Source: Centroscyllium fabricii (Eukaryota). Taken from it: 64,000 bases of DNA. How positions within the stretch are numbered: the first letter of the stretch is position 1; the number at the start of each line of letters is the position of its first letter. Shown piece by piece: positions 1 to 12,692 of this stretch. Where the stretch lies: NCBI GenBank assembly GCA_051313645.2, contig JBNRSN020000003.1:501022001-501086000 (forward strand). Reading direction: 5' to 3'. Position numbers and translations under genes: made by a program. A model generated the notes under the pieces. It ran no database searches. It was given only the letters and a program-made list of their open reading frames with translations, and was not told the origin of the DNA.

Positions 1-82
1 CAAAGAAAATCAAGTGTTCAACTAAAGAAAAGAACAGGTAAGGAAGAAGTTTTTCTTTGTTTTTTTTCAGTTTGTAGGAAGC

Positions 83-402
83 TGGTCTTACAGCTTGTAA
101 ATCTGATGGTTTTTATATTTTTTTGTGATAGTTAACAAAATCGGGAATTTGAGCTGTTCAAATTCCCGATTTTTTTAACTTTCACAAAAAAATATATAAA
201 CCATCAGATTTACAAGCTGTAAGACCACAAACATGAAGCTTTATATATTTTTTGGTGATAGTTAAAAAATCGCCGATTTCTACGCGATTCCAGCTGAGAG
301 CTGAGCTGTTTGAGCTGAGAGCTGCGAGGGGTTGAAATCGCCGATTTTTGACCTATCACCAAAAAATATAAAAACCATCAGATTTACAAGCTGTAAGACC
401 AC
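83..402. repeat. Two adjacent long imperfect palindromes (fold-back repeat)
   Basis: TGGTCTTACAGCTTGTAAATCTGATGGTTT (from 83) is the reverse complement of AAACCATCAGATTTACAAGCTGTAAGACCA (ending 227); the right arm recurs ending about 401 in a second hairpin; both centres contain GAGCTG. Confidence 0.75.
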
Positions 403-1062
403 AAACAAATATCTCCAAAGGAATAATTAAAAAAAAAACTTTAAACCTGTTTTTTTCACTTTTCAAACCTGCCTGCACTCTCTTAAGACTGGTATTTACG
501 TGGGCAGAAAAATGGAGGCTTCCTCACGTTGTACACCTGAATATTGAGCATCAGACTACAGGAAGTCTGCAGCTCAAAGTGCTTCGTGGGGAGGAAGCTG
601 AAGCCCCTTGCCCATCAGCACAGGAAGTTCACGTTTCTGGTAAGCACCTGAGCTGCCTCCCCACGAAGCATTTTCGTGGGGGGGCAGCTCTTCTGGAGCA
701 CAGGAAGACAGGGCCCATTACCTCTTGTTGACAATTGTGTTTCTTAATTGGCTTATTAATCAGGATTTTCACTGCAATGTTTCGAGCTAAGCTTTTGGTG
801 TCTGGTCACAGAGTTCGCTACCTCAGTGCTCCCGTTGTGTTTGCAAAGATAAGGAGAGGTATCTGGGGGGGGGACAGTTTTAAGTGCCTGAGGGGTGTTT
901 ATGGGAATCATCTGCTTGACCAGTTGAGCTGCTCTCTGTAGACTCTGTTACATTGGGATTTATATACTGCATTGTAAATGTGCTAGTGTAAGTTCAGTCT
1001 AAAAATCCCGATTAAAGCTACCAGATCTAAATTGACTTGAACAATGGTACTCAATTGAATTA

Positions 1063-1244
1063 TGATGTGGAGGTGCCGGTGTTGGACTGGGGTGGACAAA
1101 TGCAAGAAGTCACACAACACCAGGTTATAGTCCAACAGCTTTATTTGAAATCACAAGCTTTCAGAGCGCTGCTCCTTCAGCGTTCCGAAAGCTTGTTATT
1201 TCACATAAAGCTGTTGGACTATAACCTGGTGTTGTGTGACTTCT
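1063..1244. mobile_element. Penelope-like element remnant, inverted pLTR pair
   Basis: AAGAAGTCACACAACACCAGGTTATAGTCCAACAG and its reverse complement form a hairpin; 12-bp TSD TCAATTGAATTA at 1051-1062 and 1245-1256. Confidence 0.8.
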
Positions 1245-1496
1245 TCAATTGAATTACACAGCACTGTGTGATAGAACCTGGTCTTATTCAGAAACTCGTC
1301 ACTACTGTGCATGTGCCACACAATGAATGCAGTGTGTAGATGCCTGTGAATGTCGAATGACCATAATAATCTAGTTGACCTGAGTTAGTGATGCTTTTCA
1401 GTGTTCATCACTCACACAGTTTAATTGTAACAATGCTTTAGTTGTTGCCCAGTATCCGTTGTCCAAACTAAATGTAGTTGTGGTTTATAATTGTCA

Positions 1497-1922
1497 GCTT
1501 GGCTTAGTGGTAGCATGCTCACTTCTGAATTAGATAGTTGTGGGTTGAAGCCCTGCTCCAGGATTTGGGCATGTAGTCTAGGCTGACACTTTAGTGCGGT
1601 ACTGAGGGAGTGCTGCACTGTTGGAGGTGCCATCTTTTGGATAAGATGTTAAACCAACTATCTGGCTGCTCAGGTGGAGATGGCTCTATTTGAAGAAGAG
1701 CAGGGCAGCTCTCCCAGTGTCCTCACCAACATTTGTACCTCAACCAACACCGCCAAAACAAATGACCTGCTGATTTTATGATATTGTTGTTTGTGGTGCC
1801 TAGCTTTGCACAAATTGGCTACCATGTTTTCTGACATAACACTGACTACACATCAAAAGAAATGCATTGGCTGTAAAACTCTTTAGAACTTCCTGAAGTT
1901 GTAAAAGGTGCTATTTAAAAGT
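1497..1922 (+). mobile_element. Degenerate SacSINE1/DeuSINE-type tRNA-derived SINE
   Basis: Diverged copy of the SINE at 1939-2380 (tRNA-like A/B boxes, CTGAGGGAGTGCTGCACTGT core, L2-like tail). Confidence 0.7.
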
Positions 1923-1938
1923 ACTTTAGTGTCAACGA

Positions 1939-2380
1939 GTGGCTCAGTGGGTAGCACTCTCACCTCCTGAGTCAGAAGGTTGTGGGTTCAAGTCCCACTC
2001 CAGAGACTTGAGCACATAAATCTGGGCTGGCACTCCAGTGCAGTGCTGAGGGAGCGCTGCACTGTCGGAGGTGCTGTCTTTCGGATGAGACGTTAAACCG
2101 AGGCCCTGTCTGCAGTCTCGGGTGGATGTAAAAGATCCCATGGCAGTATTTTGAAGAATAGCAGGGGAGTTCTCCCCGGTGTCCTGGCCAATATTTATTT
2201 CTCAATCCACGTCACAAAAAAATGATCTCATTATCACATTGCTGTTTGTGGGATCTTGCTGTGCACAAATTGGCTGCCACGTTTCCAACATTACAACTAC
2301 ACTACAAAAGTATTTCATCGGCTGTGAAGTGCTTTGGAACGTCCTGAGGTCGTGAAAGACGGTATAGAAATGCAAGTCTG
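1939..2380 (+). mobile_element. SacSINE1/DeuSINE-type tRNA-derived SINE
   Basis: A box GGCTCAGTGG, B box GGTTCAAGTCC, Deu-type core (GTGGATGTAAAAGATCCCATGGCA...GTCCTGGCCAATATTTAT), L2-like tail ending ATAGAAATGCAAGT. Confidence 0.8.
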
Positions 2381-2463
2381 TAATTCTTTTAAGTTTCTCT
2401 TTTTCAGTAGGGTAAGGGTTTTAAGTGTTATTTTTGTTTAAATGTTTGTTCATTTCATCACAG

Positions 2464-2561
2464 GTTACCTGCCAAACAGTATTCATGCAGTTGAAGCCAT
2501 GTTGGCAACAGCCAGCATTGGTGCCATTTGGAGTTCAACCTCTCCGGATTTTGGTGTAAAT
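2464..2561 (+). CDS. AACS: Acetoacetyl-CoA synthetase, internal coding exon (equivalent to human exon 5)
   Basis: cag|GTTACCTG...GTAAAT|gtaagt; 98 nt; translates (G)[32 protein letters not shown], near-identical to vertebrate AACS as I recall it ([32 protein letters not shown]). Confidence 0.96.
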
Positions 2562-3021
2562 GTAAGTAATGCATATGTTTGATTGGCTGATATCCCTCGG
2601 TTCCAAATGGACCTAATAATTGTGCTCGATTTTATAAAGTGCATTGCGTAAATGTTTGTAAAGATCTCCCAGATTCCACAATTTCTTGGAATCTGCATGT
2701 TGACTACGCTAAAAGCATTGCATGTGATCTATCCGGGCACGCATGCTGACATCGCCTGCTTTTGGATTCCAATCGGTTTTTTCCTACTCTTCTGGAAGTG
2801 TTGATTTCTTCTGGGATACAGATCCGCAAACACTGGTTCCCCATGTACATCAGTCAAGTGTGTGTTTGTCATGTGTGAGCCAGAGAATACCACAGGCCTT
2901 TGGACTGCAGGGAGCGCATCACATGTGACCTGATCTTGCCCACGCAGCCCCATCCCAGCAGAAGATGCTGGATAGTGATCAGGAGGGGGAGGACCTGGTT
3001 GCTTTCGCTTTCTTCGGATCA

Positions 3022-3117
3022 ACTTAACTTCACTTCGCCTGATGAAGGAGCAGCGCTCCGAAAGCTTGTGATTTAAAATAAAACTGTTGGACTATAACCT
3101 GGTGTTGTGTGACTTCC
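3022..3117 (+). mobile_element. Penelope pLTR fragment with minimal hammerhead ribozyme motif
   Basis: CTGATGA (3039-3045), stem II GGAGC/GCTCC, GAAA (3060-3063), palindromic AGCT, followed by the same pLTR sequence as at 1063-1244. Confidence 0.75.
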
Positions 3118-3627
3118 TAGAAAATCAAACCATTGGCGCTTTCTCGGAATAATGGCTCAGCTACTCACTGAAAGAGAGAGAGCCTTATTCCATAGTTTCA
3201 ACATAATACAAAAATCGATAACTTGTCTTCCGTTGAAGTGCCTTTGCTAAAGATTTCCATAATGACGCATGCACCTATTTCAAAAGTGGCAGGTCAACTA
3301 CTAACTAGCACTGAATCTTAACTGCCAATAACACCTAAAGAAATGATGTTGGACCATTTTACTTGAGTTTGTGCTTTTCATACTTCATCTCAACACGGTG
3401 GTCTGTGTAGGCTAAATAATCCTGCACAAGAAGTTGAAAAAAATGTGGTTGTCAATTTTTGTACTACACAATTGGGTGTTGTTGCAATCAGATACACCAG
3501 CAATTGTTACCTCGCTCGCTCTCCTTTTACATGAAGTGAAGAACCTGCCACCTGCTGGTTAAACTTTATCCAATTTCTGTGAAATATAAAACTAAACTCA
3601 GCTATGTTTTGACATAGTTTGTAAGTA

Positions 3628-3935
3628 CAGGTTTGAGTGTCCTAAATCTGGAGTTCCAGAATCCGGACTCCGGGACGATTGGTGGCAGGTGTCCGGAATC
3701 TGTAAAATGTTCCGGAATCCAGACACCCTGAGGGAGGCCTACCAAAAACCGGAACCTGGGCCCAGGCATTTCAGGACTCGGAACGTGTTTCTGATGTCCG
3801 AAGTCTGGAAATATCGCAACCTGGGCTCGGGCGTTTCTGGACTTCGGACATCAGAAACACATTCCGAGTCCGGAAAAACCCGAAAACCGTCTCTGCCTCG
3901 GTCCCGAGATTGCCGGATTTGGGACGTTCTACCTG
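3628..3935. mobile_element. Tc1/mariner (pogo/Tigger-like) MITE
   Basis: TA|CAGGT...ACCTG|TA termini, TA TSD, internal inverted repeats rich in TCCGGA. Confidence 0.7.
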
Positions 3936-4224
3936 TACTGATACTTAGATTTTAACTAAACCAGGGAATCTTAAAAACGTCATTTAACTGAATAATTGGT
4001 GTTTTCACAACTAGCTCATTTGTATTCACAACAACTGACCAGTATTCTTTGGATATCCCTTGCTTACCTTTTTTGGTTTCTTGTTTGCACTTGTTCAAGT
4101 GCATTGACAATGTTGTAATAAGCACATCATCTTGCAGCTTATGAAACGTAACCTTTTTACTGTATCCTCTTGGGACAATTTTCTACGTTGAAGGTGCTAT
4201 AAAAATGCAAGTTGTTCGACATGG

Positions 4225-5351
4225 TTGACCACTCCATCCTTCTCCAATGCCTCTCCACCATCGTCCAGTTGGGTGGGCTGCACTACGTAGCCAGAGAATC
4301 ACCTGCAACGGCTTCTCTTCCCGTTTCCGCATCGTTACCTCTGGTCTATCCTTGACCCCCCTCCTATTTCTCATCTACATGCTGCCCCTTGGCGACATCA
4401 TCTGAAAACACAGTGTCAGTTTCCACATGTACGCTGATGACACCCAGCTCTACCTCACCATCACTTTTCTCGACCCCTCCACGGGCTCTGAATTGTCAGA
4501 CTGCTTGTCCGATGAGTAAAAGTTTTCCCCAATTAATTATTGGGAAGATCGAAGCCATTGTTTTGGGTCCCTGCCACAAACTCCGTTCCCTAGCCACTGA
4601 CTCCATCCCTCTCTCTAACACCTGTCTGAGGCTGAGCCAGACTGTTTGAAACCTTGGTGTCATATTTGACCCTGAAATGAGCTTCCGACCACATATCCAC
4701 GCCATAACTAAGACCGCCGATTTCCACCTCTAATATTGCCCATCTCCGCCCTTGCCTCAGCTCATCTGCTGCTGAAAGCCTCATCAATGTCTTTGTTACC
4801 TCCAGACGCCTTTCCAACACACTCCTGGCTGGCCTCCCACATTCTACCCTATGTAAACTTGAGGTAATCCAAAGCTCTGCTTCCCGTGTCCTGACTCGCA
4901 CCAAGCCCCGTTCACCCATCTTCCCTGTGCTCGCTGACCTACATTGGCTCCCGGTTAAGCAACGCCTTGATTTCAAAATTGTCATCCTTGTTTTCAAATC
5001 CCTCCATGGCCTTGTCCCTCTCTACCTCTGTCCCCAAGATTTCTGCGCTTCTCTAATTCTGCCCGCTTGAGCATCCCTGATTTATAATCGTTCAAACATT
5101 GGTGGCCGTGCCTTCTGTTGCCTGGGCCCTAAGCTCTGGAATTCCCTGCCTAAACCTCTCCGCCTCGCGACCTCTCTTTCCTCCTTTAAGACGCTCCTTA
5201 AAGCCTACCTCTTTCACCAAGCTTTTGGTCACCTGCCCTAATTTCTCCTTGATGTATGGCTCGGTGTCATTTTTTTTGTCTTAATACTCCTGTGAAGCGC
5301 CTTGGAACTTTTTACTACGTTAAAGGCGCTATGTAAATACAAGTTGTTGTT
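4225..5351 (+). mobile_element. L2-clade LINE, 5'-truncated and degenerate
   Basis: RT remnant (LFLIYMLPLGDII...FHMYADDTQLYL), LHWLPVKQRLDFKI motif, tail AAGGCGCTATGTAAATACAAGTTGTTGTT. Confidence 0.85.
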
Positions 5352-6391
5352 GAGTTTGAAAATCTCAATTCATGTAAAGATTGAATAGTTAGCTACAAAT
5401 TCTTGATCCGTTGGCTGGCTTCAATATATTGGTTTTTATTTTGTCACGCCGTCCTGCGATGTATCGTACTGTGTTATGGCACTGGTTTAGCTGAACCACC
5501 GCTATGCACCTATTGGTGTAGTGGAGGGAGGGAGTCAGTATTCTGAAGTCATTTTCTTTTTACACTGCCCGCTCTAATACATCCTGTATGTTGTCATAGT
5601 TTCCTCTCTTCTCCTGAAGGTGGGTTATGATGCACTGCCCGAGTGGCACTTCCAGTGTGAACTTGGGCAGCAAACATTACAGGGATAATTAATAGTGGGC
5701 CCTTAGCTCAGTCCACTTTTGTCCTTGTCCAATATCCACGTGTACATCTTCAGCTTGGGGAGTCACAAGCTAGTGGTTTGAAGAAGGAACCTTGGCCTTC
5801 CCGATCCTGGACTAAAAAGCTACGTAAAGAATAATAATTCCAATCCTGATGCTAGAGCAGACCTCTGCACAGACCAGGATGGAAGCTGATCTGTGTGTCT
5901 TGGTCACACCCATTCCACCCGGTTTACCGACTCACTGAGACATTCAGAGCAGGGGTGGGAGAGGAAAGAGAAGAGGTCTCAACAGTATCTTAATTGAGGT
6001 GAGCATAAAATTCACATGTGGCAAGGAAAAATGACCAGGCAGTCAGTGCATTTGCTAATTAGTGGCACAACAAAGCGACTTGAGGCTCTAATACCAGTGA
6101 CCGCAATAATTCGCACTAAAAGAGAGGTGCCAACCTCTGCTGGATTGTCAACAGTTTTCTTCAGTATTTTTCTTTGGCAAAAGAGCTCTTCATTTGAGGT
6201 GGGTTCTTGTTGCATTGGGGACACATTTCTGCCACACAGTCCGAGGAATGCTCATTCGCAGCAAATATTTATTATAAATGCATGAAAACAGGCTGGAGGA
6301 AAGCTGCAGTCAGAGCATGCTGCTACTCTGCTGCTGTCAAAGTGACTGACTGGCTAACTCCATTATGATACTGCCAGCATTCTGAAAGGAT

Positions 6392-7142
6392 GGGGGGAGA
6401 AATTCGGTGGCTTGTGCCTGCCGTTAGCGCCCTAAGAGGGCTGCTAATTGGGCGCAAGCCTGGCGTGGAGCCTCCCACCATATTGAGTGGGGCGCTGATG
6501 TGGGCGGTAGCCAGTAGCGCCTCGCGGCTCATCGCCGCCGGGGATGACATCATCGGAGCGCGCAGCGACCCTCTCGCGCCCAAGGGAGCGAAATTGAGTC
6601 GTGCTCGCTGACTTTCCGTCGGATGCTGCCCGCGACAGCTTCAGCCTGTCGTACTTGCAGCGGGGGAGCGCTGCTTAAAGGGGAGGGTGCCGGGCGGCCA
6701 TTTTTGTTGCTGGCCGACTGCCAGCACCTTCCCCCTCTGCCGTCCCTGGCCTCCCTCGCTGCCCCCCCCCCCCCGCTCGAGTGTGCTGCCTCTGCTCGCT
6801 GAGCCTGGCACTTTCCTCGAGTACCGGGCTCCTTCGGCGGCACGGCGGCCCCACGGAGCTCCGGCCAAAACCGCGCGAGGCCCCTCCCCTTTAATCAGGG
6901 GTGGAAGGCCTGCAGTACCTCGCCGTGGCACTCTATGCTGCATGGCGCTTCAGGCCACAGCGCCGGAACTTCAGTTGTAGCACCTAAAGAACGAGTTTGG
7001 GCGCCTGCAGTAGCGCTCGACCTCCTCCTATGGACGCTACAACCGAATATCAGCGGGAACGGCGCCAGCGGTAGGAAGGCGCTAAAAGTAGCGCACCGCC
7101 GAGGTTAGCGCCCAAAAATGGACGCCACCGAATTTCTGCCCC
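6392..7142. mobile_element. Non-autonomous PIF/Harbinger-type MITE (TTAGCGCC-rich family)
   Basis: TIR GGGGGAGAAATTCGGTGGC / GCCACCGAATTTCTGCCCC; 3-bp TSD GAT; homologous to copies at 8981, 43077 and 46720. Confidence 0.8.
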
Positions 7143-8304
7143 GATATGTTTACGATGAAGGTTGTTGAAGTTGCTTCAAGAACAATGTCCCTCAGATCAT
7201 TTCCACCATCTTCGTGAAGCTTTCGTATCCACCGTTGCTAATTTCTGAAGCTTGCTGCTTACGGCCTCATGAACTCGAGTACCTTCCTTCAGTTGCTGGT
7301 AGAAAGTAAGTGGGTACTTCGTTAGTCGCATTTGCCTGCAAAATATGCCACCTGTGGGATTTATTGAACTAATATTTAACTTCTTTCAGATTGATAAGAC
7401 AGAAATACCTGTTTATTACACTGATAATGTATCCAGCTACCAATTGCTACTTTAAATGTGTCCTATGCTCTTCAGAAAACCCAAGCAATGGAACCAAGGA
7501 AATTGGATCATTAAATTGACCAGCTATTTATTCATAGTTTCCTCCGTTAAAATGACTGGTTTTAGCGAATATTGAGGAGGGGTGCAGTGCAGTGCAGACT
7601 TTTGACTTGCGCTTTCACCTGATTTATACATTATTTCACAAAGTAAAAATCAACTGAATAATCCCCATCTTACAGTCAAGTGCCTCGCTGCAAGGCTGGT
7701 GTGTGACACAATGAATTACGCATGTTAGTCTTTCAAAATAGGATTTGAGTGTTTTGAATGAACAAATGACGACTTGTACTGCTGCAGTCTGACACCTGGG
7801 ATCCTCTTCAGGTAATTCGCATTACAGTTGGATAAACCAGTCGAGCTTTTGGATATCTGAAATAATTGATTGGTTACAGTGAAGTTTGATGCCGCATTTA
7901 TTTTTCAGAACTCAAAATTGTTAACACAATAGCTAACACTTGTGTTCTGCAAATGTGTGAAGTACAATGATGCCTACAGATCTAGTAGTTTAAATTTTAA
8001 CCATCCACAAAGCCAAAATTTAAAAAAAAATGAAAGATAGCAAGGATATCATCAGTAACTGTATTTGTTTTTGGTAATAATATTGATAGTTTTTAATTTG
8101 TACCTTAACAAGCAAGTATGAATACATTGAGAGTTTTGCTGTTTATAAATGTGGTTAAAGTCTGCTGCGACTTTAATACAATTCTATTCCTTTGCTGTAT
8201 CTGCACCAATAAAAATTGCAGTTTGCCAGTATCTTGCTACACTGCTTGTGTCCCATGATGTGTAATCTAGTAATAGATTAGAAATGCAGGAATGATCTTG
8301 TTAC

Positions 8305-8883
8305 TACAACAACAACTTGTATTTATATAGCACATTTAAAAAAACGTCCAAAGGCGCATCACAGGATCGTTATCAAACCACGTTTGACACTGAGCCACAT
8401 TAGGAGCTATTAGGACAAGCGACCAAAAGCTTGGTCAAAGAGTTAGGTTTTAAGGAGTGTCTGAAGGACGAGAGAGAGGTTTAGGTTTAGGGAAGGAATT
8501 TCAGAGCTTGGGGCCTAGGCAGCTGGAGGCACAGCTGCCAGTGGAGGAGCGATTTAAAATCGGAGATTCGCAAGAGGCCAGAATTGGAGGAGCGCAGAGA
8601 TGTCTGAGGGTTGTGGGGCTCAAGGAGATGACAGAGATAGGGAGGGGCGAGGCCATGGAGGGATTTGAAAACAGGATGAGAATTTTGAAATCCAGGCGTT
8701 GCCAGACCGGGACCAATGTAGGTCAGCGAGCACAGGGGTGATGAGTGAACGGGACTTGGTGCAAGTTAGGGTATGAGCAGCCGAGATTTGGATGAGCTCA
8801 GGTTTATGGAGGATGGAAAATGGGAGGCCGGCCCGGAGAACATTGGAATAGTCAAGTCTAGAGGCAACAAAGGCATGGGTGAG
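8305..8883 (-). mobile_element. L2 LINE 3' fragment
   Basis: Reverse complement of the 3' part of the L2 at 4225-5351 (PVWQRLDFKILIL, tail ACAACAACAACTTGTATTTATATAGC). Confidence 0.8.
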
Positions 8884-8980
8884 AGCTAATTACTAGAGCT
8901 AATTAGTTCAACAGCAGAAAAACCAAACTAGTGAAGGTGGTATTAAAAGATTTAAAATTGGCCCTGAAAATTAAGACATA

Positions 8981-9695
8981 AGGGGAAAAATTGGGTTGCG
9001 GCCCATTTGGGGCGCTAACCACGGAAAGTAGTGCCCCGAAAAAGTTAGCGCCGTTGCGCCTTAAATTGGGTTTTAGCGCCCCAAGTAGGAGGTGGGACGC
9101 TACTGCAGGCACCCCACCTCGTTCCTTGGGCGCCATTGTGCGCCGCTGCGCCACGTTCTGCAGCACGCCACGCCGCGGTACAGCAGGCCTCCCTCCCCTT
9201 CTTAAAGGGGAGTGGCCTAGCGTGGCGCGGCCCAGAGCCTCACTGTACGCGCCGGGGATCGGAGTGCCGCCAAAGGAGCCTGGCACTCGAGGGAAGTGCC
9301 GGGCTGATGGAGCACAACTAGCACTCTGCGGGGTGGGGGCATCGGGGAAGGCCAGGGACGGCAGAGGGGGCAGGTGCTGGCAGGCGGCCAGCAAGAAAAA
9401 TGGCCGCCCGGCACCACCCCCCCCCCTTTAAATAGCAACTGCGTCCCCCTGACCTTGTCGGTGACGGCGTCTGGCGCTAAGTCAGGGGGCGCGACTGAAG
9501 TTTGAGGCTGGGGTGCGAGCGAGGCGCTACGCACGGTGATGACGTCATTGCCGGTGGCGCAGCGCCACAGGGCGCTGCCGCCAGCGCCACGCTGAATATC
9601 GCGGGAGGCGTCAGCCCAGGCGCTAGGTGCCTTGCGCCCATTAGCACCCCTCTTAGGGCGCTAACGGCTGGCGCAAGCAACTCAATTTTCCCCCC
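8981..9695. mobile_element. Harbinger-type MITE (same family as 6392, opposite orientation)
   Basis: TIR AGGGGAAAAATTG / CAATTTTCCCCCC; flanks ATA/AGA (imperfect 3-bp TSD); shared internal sequence. Confidence 0.75.
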
Positions 9696-10464
9696 AGAGT
9701 CTTTAAGTCACGTAGAACTTGTGTCCTTGTCATATTTAAATTTTAACACTAAATGTACATTAAATGGTGTGCGTTTGGTGTGAAAATCCTGGTACGAAGC
9801 CGCTGAAGTGCGCTGTCAACTAATTAGCTCCGACAAGACTTGGCCATTAATTGGCTTGAAGAAAAGATCGATGTCAGCTGGAGTGACATGTCGCCTCCCC
9901 CTCACCCGCCTCCCCCTCACCCACCTCCCCCTCCCCCTCGCCCCCCTCACCCAATGCAACCATGCTGTCACATCATGATGTCAAATGTGAAATCATTCTA
10001 TCTACGAGTCCAGATTCAATCCTAGGTGGTTCAATTTGCAACTGCAAAATCTTAAGTATGCACAACCAGGCTTTAGGTGCTCCAGTTCTCTTAAAACTCA
10101 GGAGCACCACTGCGCATTTTAGGATCTGGCTAAATAACCTCCTGCACACGCACCATGGTGCTGTGCTTCAGAGGAAATCGGAGCAACAGTGACTGGGATA
10201 GTGTGTTTAATGTTCCTTCGTAATACTGGTACACTTAATATTACAAGGAGATGAATTGATGGTCCTTTATTGTTTGAAATTAGCCATTGTGTCTTATTGA
10301 GGTTTTCTTCAATGCACAAACCTGATTTGTACAGAAATATTCTTATTCACAAGAATAAAATACAGTGTGATGAATAATGAAGCATCAAATTGGACAAAGC
10401 AACATTTTATCCTCTTGCACTTTGTGTGTGTGTGTGTATATATATATTAATATATATACATACA

Positions 10465-10706
10465 CACATGAAACTCTTTTTTATCCGGCACTGAGGGGAC
10501 CGGCGTGATGCCGGTTGATCAAAAAGTCCGGATTCCAGAGAGGTATACATACCAAGGTACGAGAGCCCCGTACACGGCCACAGATCCAGGAACCCCGCTT
10601 ATACGGCCACTGATATATAGTAAAACTTACCTGAACCTACTCCTGAATTTTGCCGGTTGAGAGAGATTTTCGGACATTTAGGTGCCGGTTAAAAGAGAGT
10701 TTCCTA
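10465..10706. mobile_element. Tc1/mariner-type MITE
   Basis: GAAACTCTTTTTTATCCGGCAC ... GTGCCGGTTAAAAGAGAGTTTC inverted ends; related to 40409-41131. Confidence 0.6.
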
Positions 10707-11218
10707 TAATAATTTTATACCCTGTATGTACAGTGTGTGTGCAGTATGGTTTTCCTGTCCCGTCTCACTAGGTGGCAGCATATAATTAAGGAGATGGTCT
10801 ATTTGTCGTGCTCCAGAGCAATGACTGGGGTTTTATTTTCATTCATTAATGTTGAAATACAAGATTGGTTCTTGTTATCCATGAACTTTCCACTTTGATG
10901 ATTTAAAATTTGATTTATAGTTTAACGGATGAATTTGATCACTTTTAGTGCTGTAACATAAGCCAGATTAACATCTGCTTAAGCCCCATTTAAATCTATT
11001 GGAATAATTTGTAATTCATTTTCTTCAAACTTTACTCTTTCCTGAGTCCAATGTTATTATAAATATTCCATGGCCTAGAGATCAGACAGGCGATCTACTC
11101 CTAGGCCTTGATCAGCCCTGCTGTAGAACGTGCTACCAGAAGGCAAGTTCGAGCAGGGTCACCGGTGTGCCACTGACTGATCAGTCATTGCGGGTTGCTG
11201 TTCTACCTATGTAGCTAT

Positions 11219-11517
11219 TATAACAACTTGTATTTATATAGTGCCTTTAATGTAGTAAAATGTCCCAGGGTGCTCCACAGGTGTGTGAGAAGACAAAAAT
11301 TTTACACCGAGCCACATAAGAAATTAGGGCAGATGACGAGAATTCGAGGAGCGCAGATATCTCTGGGTGGGGGACTGAAAGAGATTAGAGATGGGGAGGG
11401 ACGAGGCCGTGGAGGGATTTAAAAACAAGGATGAGAATTGCTCAACTCGGAGCCAATGTCAGTCAGCGAGCACAGGGGAGATGGGTGAACGGGACTTGGT
11501 GCGAGTTAGGACATGGG
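11219..11517 (-). mobile_element. L2 LINE 3' fragment
   Basis: Homologous to 8305-8883. Confidence 0.7.
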
Positions 11518-11689
11518 CAATGTTCCCTCTAAATTCTGTTTTGTACTGAGCGGGCTACAAACTCTTTTGAGTGTGGCATTTTTGTCCGTGAGCAAAATTT
11601 CAAACAACAACTTTTACAACAATGACAGCAACCACTTAAAAGCATATATATGGTAATACCATATTGCCACCCCACCGTCTCAAATCATG

Positions 11690-11987
11690 AGACAATCAGA
11701 CGAGGTTCTATACAAGGTTAACATAACTTCTTTGCTTTTGAATTCTATTCCTCTAGAAATGAGCCCCAGTGCTGTATTTGCAATTTTATGGCTTTTTTAA
11801 CCTGCGTTGCTGCTTTTAAAGATTTGCGAATCTGTACCCCTAGATCCCTTTGCACCTGTACCTCAGTTAGACTTTTATTTTTCACGGAGTGGGTCGCTTC
11901 CTTATTCCTTCTACCAAAGTGCACCACCTCACACTTCTCTATATTGAAATTCATTTGCCATTTACATGCCCATTTTGCAAGTTTAAT
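11690..11987 (-). mobile_element. CR1-clade LINE fragment
   Basis: Minus strand WQMNFNIEKCEVVHFGRRN...QRDLGVQI, the CR1 ORF2 post-RT motif. Confidence 0.75.
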
Positions 11988-12417
11988 AATAGTAGAATTA
12001 ATTAAAAGCTTTTAGTTAGTCATGTACAAACAGTTTAATAAAAAAAACTTGTCATGACTGGGATATTAAAGAACTGCATAATAATGCATTAACACTTCAG
12101 AAACGTCACTCAGTTACACGGTTATGCATCGACAAACAATCCAGGGTGAGTTGAAAGAGGCACATCTATTCATACAATTTGTATTCATTTTGAAGTTTTC
12201 AATGTATTAGCCCATCCCTAGTGTCAACTATAGCAATGACTGCACAAGCAGCAGGAGCAGCAGCTTTCCTGTGGCGTTGACATGCTGGACGTTCACATAA
12301 GTAATTAGAATATTAATCACAATGCAGGCAGACACCCAACAAATATAAAGTGCCGTAGTTCTTTAGCTCACAGTATTAAAAAGAATTGAACAAAATCGGG
12401 CATCCGTATTTCCAACT

Positions 12418-12692
12418 TGACGTATCGTCAATATCTCTTAATAAAAGACTGGACGAGTAGTTACCGTAACTATAGGGTTTTAATAACTTACTTTGGAGTG
12501 ACCCTCCGAACGAACATCAGAACAGAATGAGGGAGCCTCGGTCAGTCCTCACCTATAAAGGCCTCACCTGGGGGAGGAGTTAGAGGTGTGGCTGACCTGG
12601 CTCCACGACAGTGTTACAGGCTGTGTATCACACACAGCCAATTGTTGGCAACAATAATTCAGTGGTACATATACATATTATGGGTTACCACA
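12418..12692 (-). repeat. 3' LTR of the Gypsy element
   Basis: Direct repeat of 20517-20792; about 5 substitutions and 1 indel by eye (about 98% identity). Confidence 0.96.

Noticed and set aside
7150-8000. Possible conserved enhancer (TAAT-rich unique sequence; also 9780-9870 and 31680-32020)
   Set aside because: Cannot be supported without cross-species alignment.
6323-9783. Many overlapping 60-160 aa ORFs in GC-rich stretches (also 21052-21583, 33471-33947, 43148-43702, 46857-47558, 57371-57879)
   Set aside because: They coincide with MITEs and minisatellites, are open in several frames on both strands, and show no domains.
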